From: Clostridia bacterium
Lineage (GTDB): Bacteria > Bacillota > Clostridia > Oscillospirales > CAG-272
Direction: 5' to 3'
Length of the DNA stretch: 64,000 nucleotides
NCBI GenBank assembly: GCA_017463485.1
Contig: JAFTPD010000002.1
Span: 505 to 64,504, forward strand
Part shown: one piece after another, positions 27,501 through 36,420 of the stretch
How positions within the stretch are numbered: the stretch's first letter is position 1
Layout of the letters: the number at the start of each line of letters is the position of its first letter
Made by a program: the position numbers and the translations under genes
Notes under the pieces: generated by a model
Database searches by the model: none
Seen by the model: only the letters and a program-made list of their open reading frames with translations
Told to the model about the DNA's origin: nothing

Positions 27501-28215
27501 CTATCCTCCCGTGACTCGCGAGAATCGCTCCGAGATGACGGCACTCCAGACAGAATGTCGCAATAAGCTCCGCGCTATCGGTCACTTTGACCCCGACGCG
27601 GTTGGAAAGTATAAGGAAGTCAAGGAAAGATATGAGTACATGAAGGCGCAGATCGACGACCTTGAAAAGTCGCGCGAGGAGCTGACGGGTATTATTTCAA
27701 GCCTTGAAGCCGAGATGAAGGTGGCGTTTGTTGAAGCGTTCAACGCTATCAACGAGAATTTTGCCGTTACCTTTGCCGAGCTGTTCGGCGGTGGCGTTGC
27801 AGAGCTTTCGCTCAGCGATCCTGAAAACGTGCTGGAAAGCGGCATTGAGATAAAGGCGGCGCCTCCCGGTAAGATCATCAAGAGCCTGATGCAGCTTTCG
27901 GGCGGCGAGCAGGCGTTTGTCGGAGTTGCACTGTTCTTTGCTATCCTTAAGGTCAATCCCACGCCCTTCTGTATTCTCGACGAGATCGAGGCGGCGCTGG
28001 ACGAGGTTAACGTTGAGCGACTTGCACAGTACATAAAGCGTTATACCGACGACACGCAGTTCATAATGATCACCCACCGTCGCGGAACTATGGCGGCGGC
28101 AAGCACACTTTACGGCGTAACCATGCCCGAGCGCGGAATTTCCAAGGTCCTCACTCTGGATGTCGCCGATATTTCCAAGAACAAGGAGCAGGATTGGGAT
28201 GGGATTTTTAGCTAA
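24556..28215 (+). CDS. smc: chromosome partition protein Smc
   Basis: The GTG at 24556 is 5 nt after AAAGGAGAG. N-terminal Walker A GPNGSGKSNVADAMRWVLGE, long coiled coils, a hinge, the signature LSGGEQAFVGVAL, and Walker B FCILDEIEAALD. Confidence 0.95.
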   Translation: MYLKSIEMQGFKSFPDRTKLVFDKRDAAGEDGAGVTVIVGPNGSGKSNVADAMRWVLGEISSKTLRGSKMEDVIFGGADSRRPMGFAEVSVTFDNTSGQGRLDCPYDEVIVTRRYFRAGESEYLINRKPVRLRDIYELFLNTGIGRDGYSIIGQGKIAEIISQKSDERRSIFEDASGIAKYRVKKNEATRKLDATEANMTRIRDIFLEVEAQVGPLERESEKAKRALVLLDSKKRADISLWLYDTEKLKTNIDSAEEIRAHASFDLSQADDELQSLDVQNKRLMEISQNSKQASAELLDEISGLTEVIHKLDSTFKVTENNIAHTKELIESASENKQALLRQRDGEMAQLKAHKERIAQLEDSVKEERTAFDSNAREIVELQEKVSTLDTDIALISKDISDSESEAVDMAVRVSVLENARDSGNDRNSGIISEMEQYESVSRDLEGKCAEQQKKVDKYNATFEEAQAKFEECDKRLSELNGQYGEMYERMTGEKLRRDSIAQRIATYKSMEEHFEGYAASVRYVMKQYAEGNIRDFHGNSCGKIYGPLSKVISVDTPYITAIETALGANLQNIVVEDEATAKSAMYCLKRGEAGRATFFPLTSMRPSSQTDEMRQAAGYEGYVALADTLVSYDAKFTNVISSLLGRTVVFDNIDNATKMAKSLKFRVRVVTLDGQQINVGGSFTGGSAAQKNGALSRAGEVKRMTEELASLEEKLKTQESELAAVKSQIAKADNERMSCEDKRELSRVLRASEQSQLDQLQAKLDANNTLLSRMREDCEQILKMSEQYEEDMKTLRADEKALREKIEQLRELKMEKAEAKGDAEDSVDRLESEQTRLFIKMSEINKDIETEETLIRVCEERIAICDADISAADERTEAHTQRISDYEVAQTENRKQADANRKVLDELTKKRAVAEQNSAEFEEKLAALSEKLRAKMSEKENIFREFTTADAKLNTLKADMDKLSSKLWDDYEITRAEALGLGYPPVTRENRSEMTALQTECRNKLRAIGHFDPDAVGKYKEVKERYEYMKAQIDDLEKSREELTGIISSLEAEMKVAFVEAFNAINENFAVTFAELFGGGVAELSLSDPENVLESGIEIKAAPPGKIIKSLMQLSGGEQAFVGVALFFAILKVNPTPFCILDEIEAALDEVNVERLAQYIKRYTDDTQFIMITHRRGTMAAASTLYGVTMPERGISKVLTLDVADISKNKEQDWDGIFS

Positions 28216-29278
28216 AATGTTCGATAAGAACAAGAAAAGCGGACAGGATGAGTCCGTTGATACAAAGGCTGTTGACATCACAGACGAGGCGCAGGAGGAA
28301 ACTGCCGAAGCCGAGAAAACCGTTGATACAGCAGCTAAAGTGGCAGAAGCCGAGGAGGACACCACCACAAAGCAGTCCTTTTGGAAGCGACTGCGCGGTG
28401 GACTCTCCAAAACAAAAAATGCATTACTCGGATCTGTCGACGAAATGCTCAAAGCATTCGTCAAGGTAGACGAGGATATGCTGGAGGAGCTGGAGGAGAT
28501 ACTCATTTCGGCAGACGTTGGAATGGCGGCTACCGAGGCAATTATCGAGGAGCTTCGCGACAGAATCAAGGACGGCAGACTCAAGGAAAAGGAGCAGGTC
28601 ATGGACGCGCTCCGCGAGATACTGACCGAAATGATAGGCGAGAGTCAGCCGCTCACGCTTGATACAAAGCCCTCCGTAATACTGGTTATCGGAGTCAACG
28701 GCGCGGGTAAGACCACCTCTATCGGTAAGATATCGAAACGTCTTAAGCTGCAAGGAAAATCCGTCGTCGTTGCGGCGGCTGATACCTTCCGTGCCGCGGC
28801 TATCGACCAGCTTGGCGTGTGGTGCGAGCGCGCGGACGTTGATATGATCAAGCAGAGCGAGGGAAGCGACCCCGCGGCTGTAGTGTTTGACGCTATCGCG
28901 GCTGTAAAGAAAAAGGGCGCTGATGTGCTTATCATTGACACTGCGGGTCGACTTCAGAACAAGAAAAATCTGATGAACGAGCTTGCAAAGATCGACCGCG
29001 TTATCGACCGCGAGCTGCCGGGCGCATCAAGGGAGACCTTGCTTGTGCTTGACGCTACCACAGGTCAGAATGCGGTATCTCAGGCGAAGGAATTCAGCAA
29101 CGCCGCAAATATCACGGGTATCACTCTCAACAAGCTGGACGGTACTGCAAAGGGAGGAATAGTCATATCCATCAAGAAGGAATTGGGTATTCCCGTCAAG
29201 TTCGTGGGCGTCGGTGAGAAGATAGACGATATGCAGGAATTTGATGCGGCTGATTTCGTCAGCGCTTTGTTTGAATAA
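28199..29278 (+). CDS. ftsY: signal recognition particle receptor FtsY
   Basis: ATG 28199 (MGFLAKMF...) overlaps the smc 3' end. Acidic N-terminal region, and an NG domain with GVNGAGKTTSIGK, DTAGRL and LNKLDGTAKGG. Confidence 0.93.
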   Translation: MGFLAKMFDKNKKSGQDESVDTKAVDITDEAQEETAEAEKTVDTAAKVAEAEEDTTTKQSFWKRLRGGLSKTKNALLGSVDEMLKAFVKVDEDMLEELEEILISADVGMAATEAIIEELRDRIKDGRLKEKEQVMDALREILTEMIGESQPLTLDTKPSVILVIGVNGAGKTTSIGKISKRLKLQGKSVVVAAADTFRAAAIDQLGVWCERADVDMIKQSEGSDPAAVVFDAIAAVKKKGADVLIIDTAGRLQNKKNLMNELAKIDRVIDRELPGASRETLLVLDATTGQNAVSQAKEFSNAANITGITLNKLDGTAKGGIVISIKKELGIPVKFVGVGEKIDDMQEFDAADFVSALFE

Positions 29279-29289
29279 GGATCTATGCT

Positions 29290-29916
29290 ATGGAAATAGT
29301 ACTTGCATCCAAAAACCCCAAGAAAATTAAAGAGCTTCAAGCAATTCTGTCAAAGGATATACCGAGCATCAATATCCGCTCGCTCGCCGACGTGGGAGTC
29401 GAGGGAGATATCGTTGAGGATGGCAAGACCTTTGAGGAAAACGCGCTCATCAAGGCTCGCACTGCGTATAGGGCGGCGGGCGGCATGTATATCGGTATCG
29501 GTGACGATTCGGGACTGTGCGTTGATGCGCTTGACGGCGCGCCGGGTGTTTACTCCGCAAGATTTGCGGGCGGACACGGTGACGACGAGGCGAATAACAG
29601 ATTTTTGCTTGAAAAGCTGAAACGTACTCCCGACGGCAATATGGGCGCGCAATTCGTGTCCACGATAGCTTGCGTTTATACCGATAAGAACGGCAACGAG
29701 GCGAGCTTTACGGTACGCGGCGAGGTAGAGGGAAAAATAATCCGCGAAGCGAGAGGGGATGGGGGCTTCGGCTACGATCCTTACTTCTATTATCCGCCTC
29801 TTAACAAGACCTTTTCCGAGCTTTCGGCAGAGGAAAAGAATCTTATAAGCCACAGAGCGCGGGCAATTTGCGCGCTCAACGAAAAGCTGAAGGAGCTTGA
29901 TATCGGTGATATTTAA
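29290..29916 (+). CDS. rdgB: non-canonical purine NTP pyrophosphatase (RdgB/HAM1 family)
   Basis: 208 aa: LASKNPKKIKE, DDSGLCVDALDGAPGVYSARF, FGYDPYF and ISHRARA. Confidence 0.9.
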   Translation: MEIVLASKNPKKIKELQAILSKDIPSINIRSLADVGVEGDIVEDGKTFEENALIKARTAYRAAGGMYIGIGDDSGLCVDALDGAPGVYSARFAGGHGDDEANNRFLLEKLKRTPDGNMGAQFVSTIACVYTDKNGNEASFTVRGEVEGKIIREARGDGGFGYDPYFYYPPLNKTFSELSAEEKNLISHRARAICALNEKLKELDIGDI

Positions 29917-29937
29917 GCTCACATCAATGGAGTTACT

Positions 29938-30270
29938 ATGAATATATACGGAAAAGAATACCCCACACCCACTCCCATAACGTCAGCACAGAGAGCGTAT
30001 CTTCGCTCTATTGCGGCAGACGTGCCTACCATTATGCAGATAGGCAAGGGAGGAATCACGGAAAACCTGATGCGTACAGTGTCGGACGCACTTGAAGCAC
30101 GCGAGCTTGTAAAAATGTCGGTGCTTGAAAACTGCGAATATACCGCAAGAGAGGCGGCTGAAGCACTTGCCGAGTCGCTTGGTGCGCTCGTCGTGTCGGT
30201 TATCGGCAGAAAAATAATACTTTTCCGCCGTTCCACAAACAAGAAAAATCGAATTGAATTGCCACGCTGA
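29938..30270 (+). CDS. yhbY: ribosome assembly RNA-binding protein YhbY (CRM domain)
   Basis: 110 aa: LTSAQRAYLRS-type block, MQIGKGGITENL, ELVKMSVL. It occupies the conserved position before nadD. Confidence 0.85.
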   Translation: MNIYGKEYPTPTPITSAQRAYLRSIAADVPTIMQIGKGGITENLMRTVSDALEARELVKMSVLENCEYTAREAAEALAESLGALVVSVIGRKIILFRRSTNKKNRIELPR

Positions 30271-30280
30271 CGGTGAAAAT

Positions 30281-30898
30281 ATGAGAATAGGTATTTACGG
30301 CGGGACTTTTTCCCCCGTTCATAACGGTCATATATCTGCCGCCCGCGCGTTTATGGAGCAAATGTGGCTGGACGTGCTGTACGTCATTCCCACAGGTGTG
30401 TCCCCCCATAAGCAAATGGACGGAGAGGTAACGTCTGCCGACAGACTCCAGATGTGCCGCCTTGCCTTTGAAGGTGAGGGCGGAATTGACGGAGTTATCG
30501 TCAGCGATATGGAGATCAAGCGGGAGGGAAAAAGCTATACCGTGGAAACCCTCAGACAGCTTTACCGCGAAGGGGACAGACTGTTTTTCCTCTGCGGAAC
30601 GGATATGCTGCTCACGCTTGACAAATGGCGCGAGCCCGAGGAGATATTCAGGCTTTGCTATCCCGTGTACGTCCGCCGCGAAAGTGACGGCGAGCTTGAT
30701 GCAGTGATAGTCGAAAAGCTCAAAGAATATAAGGAAAAATACGGTAAGAACGTAATGCGGGTGGTAACTGAGCCCGTGGAGATCTCGTCAAGCGAGATAC
30801 GAAACATGACGAGCCGAGGCGAGGATATATCCAACCTCGTGCCTACTGCCGTCGCAGATTATATCAAGTCAAAGGGACTGTACCAAAATGTCAAATAA
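30281..30898 (+). CDS. nadD: nicotinate-nucleotide adenylyltransferase
   Basis: The start is ATG 30281 (MRIGIYGGTFSPVHNGH...). The ISSSEIR motif lies near the C-terminus. Confidence 0.9.
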   Translation: MRIGIYGGTFSPVHNGHISAARAFMEQMWLDVLYVIPTGVSPHKQMDGEVTSADRLQMCRLAFEGEGGIDGVIVSDMEIKREGKSYTVETLRQLYREGDRLFFLCGTDMLLTLDKWREPEEIFRLCYPVYVRRESDGELDAVIVEKLKEYKEKYGKNVMRVVTEPVEISSSEIRNMTSRGEDISNLVPTAVADYIKSKGLYQNVK

Positions 30899-31529
30899 AT
30901 GGACTGAAAAACAAATAGCAGACCTGCGTGCCGAGGTGCAAAAAGGTATGTCGCAAAAGAGATTTTTGCACACGCTCGCGGTTGAAGAAATGACGGATAG
31001 GCTTGCGCGCCTTTTTGGTTGCGAGCGTCGGGAGGAGATGTGCGTCGCTGCTATCCTGCACGATATAACCAAGGAATGCTCGGTTGATGAGCATATCGCA
31101 CTGTGCCAAAAATACGGCATACCCGACGGCGAGCATTTGCGTCTTGCGCCAAAGACCTTTCACGCGCAGACCGCCGCCGCCCTCATAGCCGATAAATATC
31201 CCGAATTTGCCGACGAAACGGTAGTGAATTGCGTAAGATGGCACACAACGGGGCATGCGGGCATGACGCTGGAGGAGCACCTTGTTTATCTTGCGGATTA
31301 TATTGATATGACAAGACTTTTCCCCGACTGTGTAAGGCTGCGCAACTACTTTTTTGATGCAGAGCCGCAGAAAATGGATGAGGACGAGCGTATGCTTCAT
31401 CTGTATAAAACTCTGCTTATGTCTTACGATATGACTATACGCGCGCTGGTCGACGACGGCGCAATAATCAGCGCGGATACCGTTATCGCGCGAAACGAGA
31501 TAGCGGCTACCTTGCGCAAAATGCAATGA
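30888..31529 (+). CDS. yqeK: HD-domain bis(5'-nucleosyl)-tetraphosphatase YqeK
   Basis: 213 aa: RFLHTLAVEEM...AAILHDITKE, WHTTG. It overlaps the nadD stop, in the conserved nadD-yqeK-rsfS order. Confidence 0.85.
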   Translation: MSNKWTEKQIADLRAEVQKGMSQKRFLHTLAVEEMTDRLARLFGCERREEMCVAAILHDITKECSVDEHIALCQKYGIPDGEHLRLAPKTFHAQTAAALIADKYPEFADETVVNCVRWHTTGHAGMTLEEHLVYLADYIDMTRLFPDCVRLRNYFFDAEPQKMDEDERMLHLYKTLLMSYDMTIRALVDDGAIISADTVIARNEIAATLRKMQ

Positions 31530-31546
31530 TAGGAAAGGAAATAATT

Positions 31547-31930
31547 ATGGACGAAATGAATAATAACCCTATGACGGGCGTGGAGCTGCCCGCTCCGCTG
31601 ACGGATGCAACTCCAGAGGAGCTTGCGAATGCTGTCGCAGAGTTTCTTGATAATAAAAGGGGAAGGGATGTAAAGGTAATTCCCATGGCGGGCAAGACGG
31701 ATATTTGCGAATTTATGGTGCTTGCCACCGCGACCTCCTCTACTCACGTTCAGGCACTTGGTGGTGAGGTGGAGTATCAGATGGAAAGACGAATGGTAAG
31801 CCCTCTCCATGTTGAGGGAAGAGATAACAAGACCTGGATTGTTCTTGATTATAGCCACGTAATGGTGCATATTTTTACGCAAGAAACACGCGAATTTTAT
31901 AATCTTGACAAGCTTTACGGCAGCGATTGA
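31547..31930 (+). CDS. rsfS: ribosome silencing factor RsfS
   Basis: DICEFMVLATATSSTHVQAL...WIVLDYSHVMVHIF..TREFYNLDKLY. The ATG at 31547 follows AGGAAAGGA; an upstream ATG at 31526 is also possible. Confidence 0.88.
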   Translation: MDEMNNNPMTGVELPAPLTDATPEELANAVAEFLDNKRGRDVKVIPMAGKTDICEFMVLATATSSTHVQALGGEVEYQMERRMVSPLHVEGRDNKTWIVLDYSHVMVHIFTQETREFYNLDKLYGSD

Positions 31931-31934
31931 TATA

Positions 31935-31979
31935 AAGTCCCGATTAACGTCGGATACGGCGCTAATCGGGACTTTTTTG
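31935..31979 (+). terminator. intrinsic terminator after rsfS
   Basis: 12-bp stem AAGTCCCGATTA/TAATCGGGACTT followed by TTTTT. Confidence 0.85.
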
Positions 31980-32073
31980 TTGCTGATTTTTGATGAAAAA
32001 TAGGTTAAATTATGAAAAAAATCAATCTGTACAAAAAATATTAAAAAAAATTCAAATTTTTTTCAAAAAACCC

Positions 32074-32102
32074 TTTACAATTTGATAATGGTGTGATATA
32101 AT
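32074..32102 (+). promoter_or_regulatory. sigma-A promoter upstream of the response-regulator gene
   Basis: TTTACA(32074-32079)-17 nt-TATAAT(32097-32102) with TGa extended -10. It is preceded by an A/T-tract (32030-32073) and leaves a ~220-nt AT-rich 5' UTR. Confidence 0.55.
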
Positions 32103-32323
32103 GGCTTTGCTAAAAATCTAACCGTGCGAAAGATTATGATTTTTTTCGTCAGATTTTAAATGTGAAGATTTGGAATATTTTTATTCAAATTATTTTTAAA
32201 ATATTCATTTACGCTTCACATAATGACCGCATTAGTATAGTAGTATAATAGAGAAAAGTCATATTTTGCCGAGTTTTTGCCGTTATCGCGCGGAATAAGA
32301 AAAAGATCAGGAGGCCCAATATA

Positions 32324-33016
32324 ATGATGGATACAAAGATCCTTGTTGTAGACGACGATCCCAATATCAGCGACCTGTTGAAAATTTATTTTGAAAATGA
32401 AGGATATGAGGTAAAGGTAGCATCCGACGGTGCGGAGAGCGTTAATTACTTCAAAATGTACGAGCCCGATCTTGTGCTGCTTGACATTATGCTCCCCAAA
32501 AAGGACGGCTGGCAGGTATGCCGCGAGATCCGCGAAATTTCCTCGAAGCCCATTATCATGATCTCCGCCAAGGGCGAGGTGTTCGATAAGGTTCTCGGAC
32601 TTGAGCTGGGTGCTGACGACTACGTGGTAAAGCCCTTTGATATCAAGGAGCTTTCGGCTCGTGTGAAGGCTGTTCTTCGCCGTTGCCAAATGCACACAAA
32701 CCAGAATGACGACGAGGTTATCAAATTTGATAATATCGAGATCAGCAAGCAGAAGTATGAATTGAAGCTTGGCGGTAAGTCCATTGATATTCCGCCCAAA
32801 GAGCTTGAGCTGCTCTACTTCCTTGCTTCCAATTATAACCGCGTGTTCACCCGCGATCAGCTTCTTGATAAGGTATGGGGCTTTGATTATCTGGGTGACT
32901 CCAGAACGGTTGACGTCCACGTTAAGCGCCTTAGAGAAAAGCTGGAGGGCGTTTCGGACAAGTGGGTACTTAAGACCGTATGGGGTGTAGGCTATAAATT
33001 TGAGCTTTTAAGCTGA
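32324..33016 (+). CDS. OmpR/PhoB-family response regulator (WalR-like), no adjacent histidine kinase
   Basis: 230 aa. Receiver domain KILVVDDDPNISDLL...LVLLDIMLPKKDG...ISAKG, and a winged-helix domain ...TRDQLLDKVWGFDY..DSRTVDVHVKRLREKL....VWGVGYKF. Confidence 0.88.
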   Translation: MMDTKILVVDDDPNISDLLKIYFENEGYEVKVASDGAESVNYFKMYEPDLVLLDIMLPKKDGWQVCREIREISSKPIIMISAKGEVFDKVLGLELGADDYVVKPFDIKELSARVKAVLRRCQMHTNQNDDEVIKFDNIEISKQKYELKLGGKSIDIPPKELELLYFLASNYNRVFTRDQLLDKVWGFDYLGDSRTVDVHVKRLREKLEGVSDKWVLKTVWGVGYKFELLS

Positions 33017-33029
33017 CGCGATCATATCC

Positions 33030-33086
33030 AAAACGGCTGACAACATACGGCAAACAGCTTTTTTCGCCGTGGGATCAGCCGTTTTT
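33030..33086 (+). terminator. terminator-like long hairpin after the response regulator
   Basis: AAAACGGCTGA (33030-33040) pairs with TCAGCCGTTTT (33075-85) around an inner structured loop, followed by a T-run. Confidence 0.55.
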
Positions 33087-33166
33087 GATTTAATTTTGCA
33101 TATACTGAAAAAACGTAAGCCCGCAAGGCAAGAATAACCATTGGCATAACCCCGAAAGGAGAAAAA

Positions 33167-34600
33167 ATGGACGACAATTCTTTGAACAACGAAATGGAAA
33201 ATGAAATAGAAAAGGAAGCCGAGACCGTATGCAATGCGGAGGATCAAGCGAGCGAGAGCCTTGACGAAACCGTTGATACAGCTGAAAATACGGCAGGGGG
33301 CGCAGACGAAAATACAGACCAAAGCGCGGACGAAAATGCCGATGTCAAGGCGGAAGAGAATAACTCAACCCCGTATTCCTTGAATCTCGGCGGCTCTGAA
33401 TTTTCAGCTCCCGATTATGATAAAAAGCAGAACAAGAAAAAGACGGCTCTCATTATCGCGGTAACTGCCGTATACGCTCTTGCTATGGGAGTAGTTATCG
33501 GAATACTGCTTTCCTTCCTCTACTCGGGCGGCAAAACGGCGAATTATAATCCCGTGGGCGTCAGCACCGAGGTGTCGGATGAGGCAAGGGAGGACGCGGC
33601 GGCTCTCAGCGGTATCGCCAAGGCAAAGGAGAGCGTCGTTGTGATAACGACCACCACGATCGACGCTAAAGGTACGGCAACGGGAATAGTTCTGACCGAG
33701 AACGGATATATCCTTACCAATCATCACGCTATCGACGGCGCTTTGTCTATCACGGTTACGTTTGCCGACGGTATAAGCACGTCCGCAACTCTCCGCGGCT
33801 CGTCGGAGGCGGATGACCTTGCAGTGATAAAGGTTGAAAGAGAAGGACTTATCCCCGCTGAATTCGCATCTACCTCAACCTGCTACGTGGGACAGGATAT
33901 TTACGTTATCGGCACACCCGTCAGCACGGATTACCGCTGGACGACCACCAAGGGAATAATCTCTTACGTGGACAGGGAAATCAAGATATACAACGATTCG
34001 GGAACGCTTCAGAAAAAGCTGAAGCTCTTGCAGACCGACGCCATGCTCAATCCGGGTAACTCTGGCGGTCCTATGATAAATACAGACGGACAGGTGCTTG
34101 GAATTATCAATATGAAGCTGGCGGGCGACATCGAGGGTATTGGCTTTGCCATTCCGTCTGACGGCGCTATCGAGATAGCCAACGCCATCATGAAGGATGG
34201 GCATGCGGACAGCGTGGATTCCACCATTTCCTCCAAGCGCCCGATTCTCGGAATCGTCGGCGTGTATATTCAGGAAGGACTTTACTACGTCAATATCGAG
34301 CAGGACGGACAGACCTATATCCGAGTGGCGAGCGCCGAGGAAAAGCGTACTATGAAGGATAAGCTTATTTATTCCGAGTATTCGGGACTGTACGTTAATT
34401 CCGTTACCGAAAATACAGGAGCATACGGTAAGCTGCAAAAGGGTGACGTTATAGTCGAGGTCGAGGGCGAGGAGGTCACCAGCCGCTCGCAGTTCTCCTC
34501 GGTGCTTGACGATATGAGCGTGGGAGACACGGTAGAGATCAAATTCCGTCGCGACGGCGCACTTTGCTTGGCAGAGATCGAGCTGACGGCTGAGGAATAA
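33167..34600 (+). CDS. membrane-anchored HtrA/DegP-family serine protease with C-terminal PDZ domain
   Basis: 477 aa. Acidic N-terminal tail and one TM segment (ALIIAVTAVYALAMGVVIGILLSFLY). Catalytic triad contexts LTNHHAI, DDLAVIKV and NPGNSGGPMIN. The PDZ-like C-terminus contains LQKGDVIVEVEG. Confidence 0.88.
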   Translation: MDDNSLNNEMENEIEKEAETVCNAEDQASESLDETVDTAENTAGGADENTDQSADENADVKAEENNSTPYSLNLGGSEFSAPDYDKKQNKKKTALIIAVTAVYALAMGVVIGILLSFLYSGGKTANYNPVGVSTEVSDEAREDAAALSGIAKAKESVVVITTTTIDAKGTATGIVLTENGYILTNHHAIDGALSITVTFADGISTSATLRGSSEADDLAVIKVEREGLIPAEFASTSTCYVGQDIYVIGTPVSTDYRWTTTKGIISYVDREIKIYNDSGTLQKKLKLLQTDAMLNPGNSGGPMINTDGQVLGIINMKLAGDIEGIGFAIPSDGAIEIANAIMKDGHADSVDSTISSKRPILGIVGVYIQEGLYYVNIEQDGQTYIRVASAEEKRTMKDKLIYSEYSGLYVNSVTENTGAYGKLQKGDVIVEVEGEEVTSRSQFSSVLDDMSVGDTVEIKFRRDGALCLAEIELTAEE

Positions 34601-34605
34601 AAGCA

Positions 34606-34658
34606 AAGCACTTATGACGACGAAGAAATTCGTTTTGCCATAAGTGCTTTTCCTTTTT
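34606..34658. terminator. bidirectional terminator between htrA-like gene and mnmA
   Basis: AAGCACTTATG...CATAAGTGCTT with an inner ACGAA/TTCGT stem, followed by TTCCTTTTT. Confidence 0.75.
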
Positions 34659-34661
34659 GTG

Positions 34662-35699
34662 TTAAACTATGATTCCTCCGCCGATAACGGTGTCGCCGTC
34701 GTAAAATACTGCCGACTGACCGCGCGCAGGTGCGCGTTGCGGCTCGTCGAAAATGACGGTAGCTGTATCCTTGTCGGTCTGAATGATAGTTGCCGTCGCG
34801 GCTTTGTGCGCGTAGCGGATCTTTACCTCGGCGCGGATATCGCCGTCGAGTCTGTCGCAGGCGATAAGGTTGAGGGTGTTCAGCTCTACTTTCTTTGTGA
34901 AGAGAGAATCGTTGTCGGATAAGACTATTCTGCCCGTTGCCGCGTCCTTTTCCTTGACGAACATAGGCTGACCGAAGGAGATGCCGAGTCCTTTTCGCTG
35001 ACCCACGGTATAGTGAATGATACCCTTGTGTCTGCCGAGAATATTACCGTCAGTATCGATAAAATCTCCCAACGTTGGTGCTTTGCCCGTGCGACGCTGA
35101 ATGAATCCCGCGTAGTCTCCGTCGCGCACGAAGCAGATATCCTGACTGTCGCTCTTGTGCGCAGTTACAAAGCCGCGCTCAGCGGCAAGCTCGCGTATTT
35201 CGGATTTTGAAAATCTGCCGAGAGGGAACACCGTTTTTGAAAGCTGATGCTGGGACAGCATCCACAAAACGTAGCTTTGATCCTTGGAGGCATCAGCCGC
35301 GCGCCGCAAGAGATATCTGTCGCCGCACCGCTCAACTTGTGCGTAGTGACCGGTAGCGATTTTGTCAGCACCCTCGGTGATGGCACGGTCAAGAAGCGCG
35401 CCGAATTTGAGATATTTATTGCACACGATACACGGATTCGGAGTGCCGCCGTCCTGATAGACGGCAATGAAATTATCTATGACACACCTTGTAAATTCAT
35501 CACGCATATCGTAAACGGAATGGTTGATTCCAAGCTGATGGCACAGCGCGGCGGCGTCACGGATATCCGCATCGGCAGTCGAGTCGTCAAGTAGGCGCAT
35601 AGTCACGCCCGAAACATCCGAGCCGCCTTCAAGCAAAAGCCATGCAACGGCAGAGCTGTCAATGCCCCCGCTCATGGCGGCAAAAATTTTTGTTTTCAT
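34662..35699 (-). CDS. mnmA: tRNA 2-thiouridine(34) synthase MnmA
   Basis: 345 aa. PP-loop AAMSGGIDSS, NPCIVCN, and KDQSYVLW. Confidence 0.93.
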   Translation of the reverse strand: MKTKIFAAMSGGIDSSAVAWLLLEGGSDVSGVTMRLLDDSTADADIRDAAALCHQLGINHSVYDMRDEFTRCVIDNFIAVYQDGGTPNPCIVCNKYLKFGALLDRAITEGADKIATGHYAQVERCGDRYLLRRAADASKDQSYVLWMLSQHQLSKTVFPLGRFSKSEIRELAAERGFVTAHKSDSQDICFVRDGDYAGFIQRRTGKAPTLGDFIDTDGNILGRHKGIIHYTVGQRKGLGISFGQPMFVKEKDAATGRIVLSDNDSLFTKKVELNTLNLIACDRLDGDIRAEVKIRYAHKAATATIIQTDKDTATVIFDEPQRAPARGQSAVFYDGDTVIGGGIIV

Positions 35700-35719
35700 A
35701 AATTCCTCGTATTTTGAAT

Positions 35720-36232
35720 TTAAAGCTGTCCCTCGCCCCAGACGAAGGAGGTCAGCTCGCCCGATTGGCGCAAGCCTTCAAACCCGTGCTGACGAAGCAC
35801 CTCGTAGACCGCGATAGCGACCGAATTTGAAAGATTTAGCGAGCGCAAGCGGTCAAGCATGGGTATGCGCACGCACTTGTCGGGATTTGCAAAAAGCAGG
35901 TCCTCGGGAAGTCCGCGAGTTTCCTTGCCGAACATAAGAAATACGTTATCCCCGTATTTTACGTCACTGTAAAGATTTTGCGCCTTGGTGCTGAAAAAAT
36001 ACAACTCGGCGTTGGGATTTTTACTGAAAAAATCGTCAAGCCCGTCGTAGAAGTGAACGTCCAGCTTGTCCCAGTAGTCAAGCCCCGCGCGGCGCATACG
36101 TCTGTCGTCAATAGTAAAGCCGAGAGGGCGAATGAGGTGCAGGGAAGCGCCCGTCGCGGCGCAGGTGCGGGCGATATTTCCCGTGTTCTGCGGGATCTCG
36201 GGCTCGCAGAGAACGATATTTATATGAGGCAT
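35720..36232 (-). CDS. trmL: tRNA (cytidine/uridine(34)-2'-O)-methyltransferase TrmL (SpoU family)
   Basis: 170 aa: NIVLCEPEIPQNTGNIARTCAATG, FGKETRGLP, and SLNLSNSVAIAVYE. Confidence 0.88.
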   Translation of the reverse strand: MPHINIVLCEPEIPQNTGNIARTCAATGASLHLIRPLGFTIDDRRMRRAGLDYWDKLDVHFYDGLDDFFSKNPNAELYFFSTKAQNLYSDVKYGDNVFLMFGKETRGLPEDLLFANPDKCVRIPMLDRLRSLNLSNSVAIAVYEVLRQHGFEGLRQSGELTSFVWGEGQL

Positions 36233-36420
36233 ATTTATCTCCTGTCAATAGCTTTTACGCAATAATTTTACCACAAAGCCGAGAAAGTTGCAAGTATTAT
36301 CTGAAAATTTACAAAAATATATATAATATTCTTGAGATTTATGTTATAATAAGATATTAGTTTGCAGACAGTGAATATTGAATTGACATAAAAACCTGTA
36401 CGGAAAGGAATTTATCCATT

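Noticed and set aside
31980-32320. A small ORF (ATG at about 31993, ~30 aa, MKNRLNYEKNQ…) or a riboswitch in the AT-rich spacer upstream of the response regulator
   Set aside because: The ORF has no RBS, and A/T-tract sequence trivially yields Lys/Asn/Ile codons. I could not recognise any conserved riboswitch core by eye.
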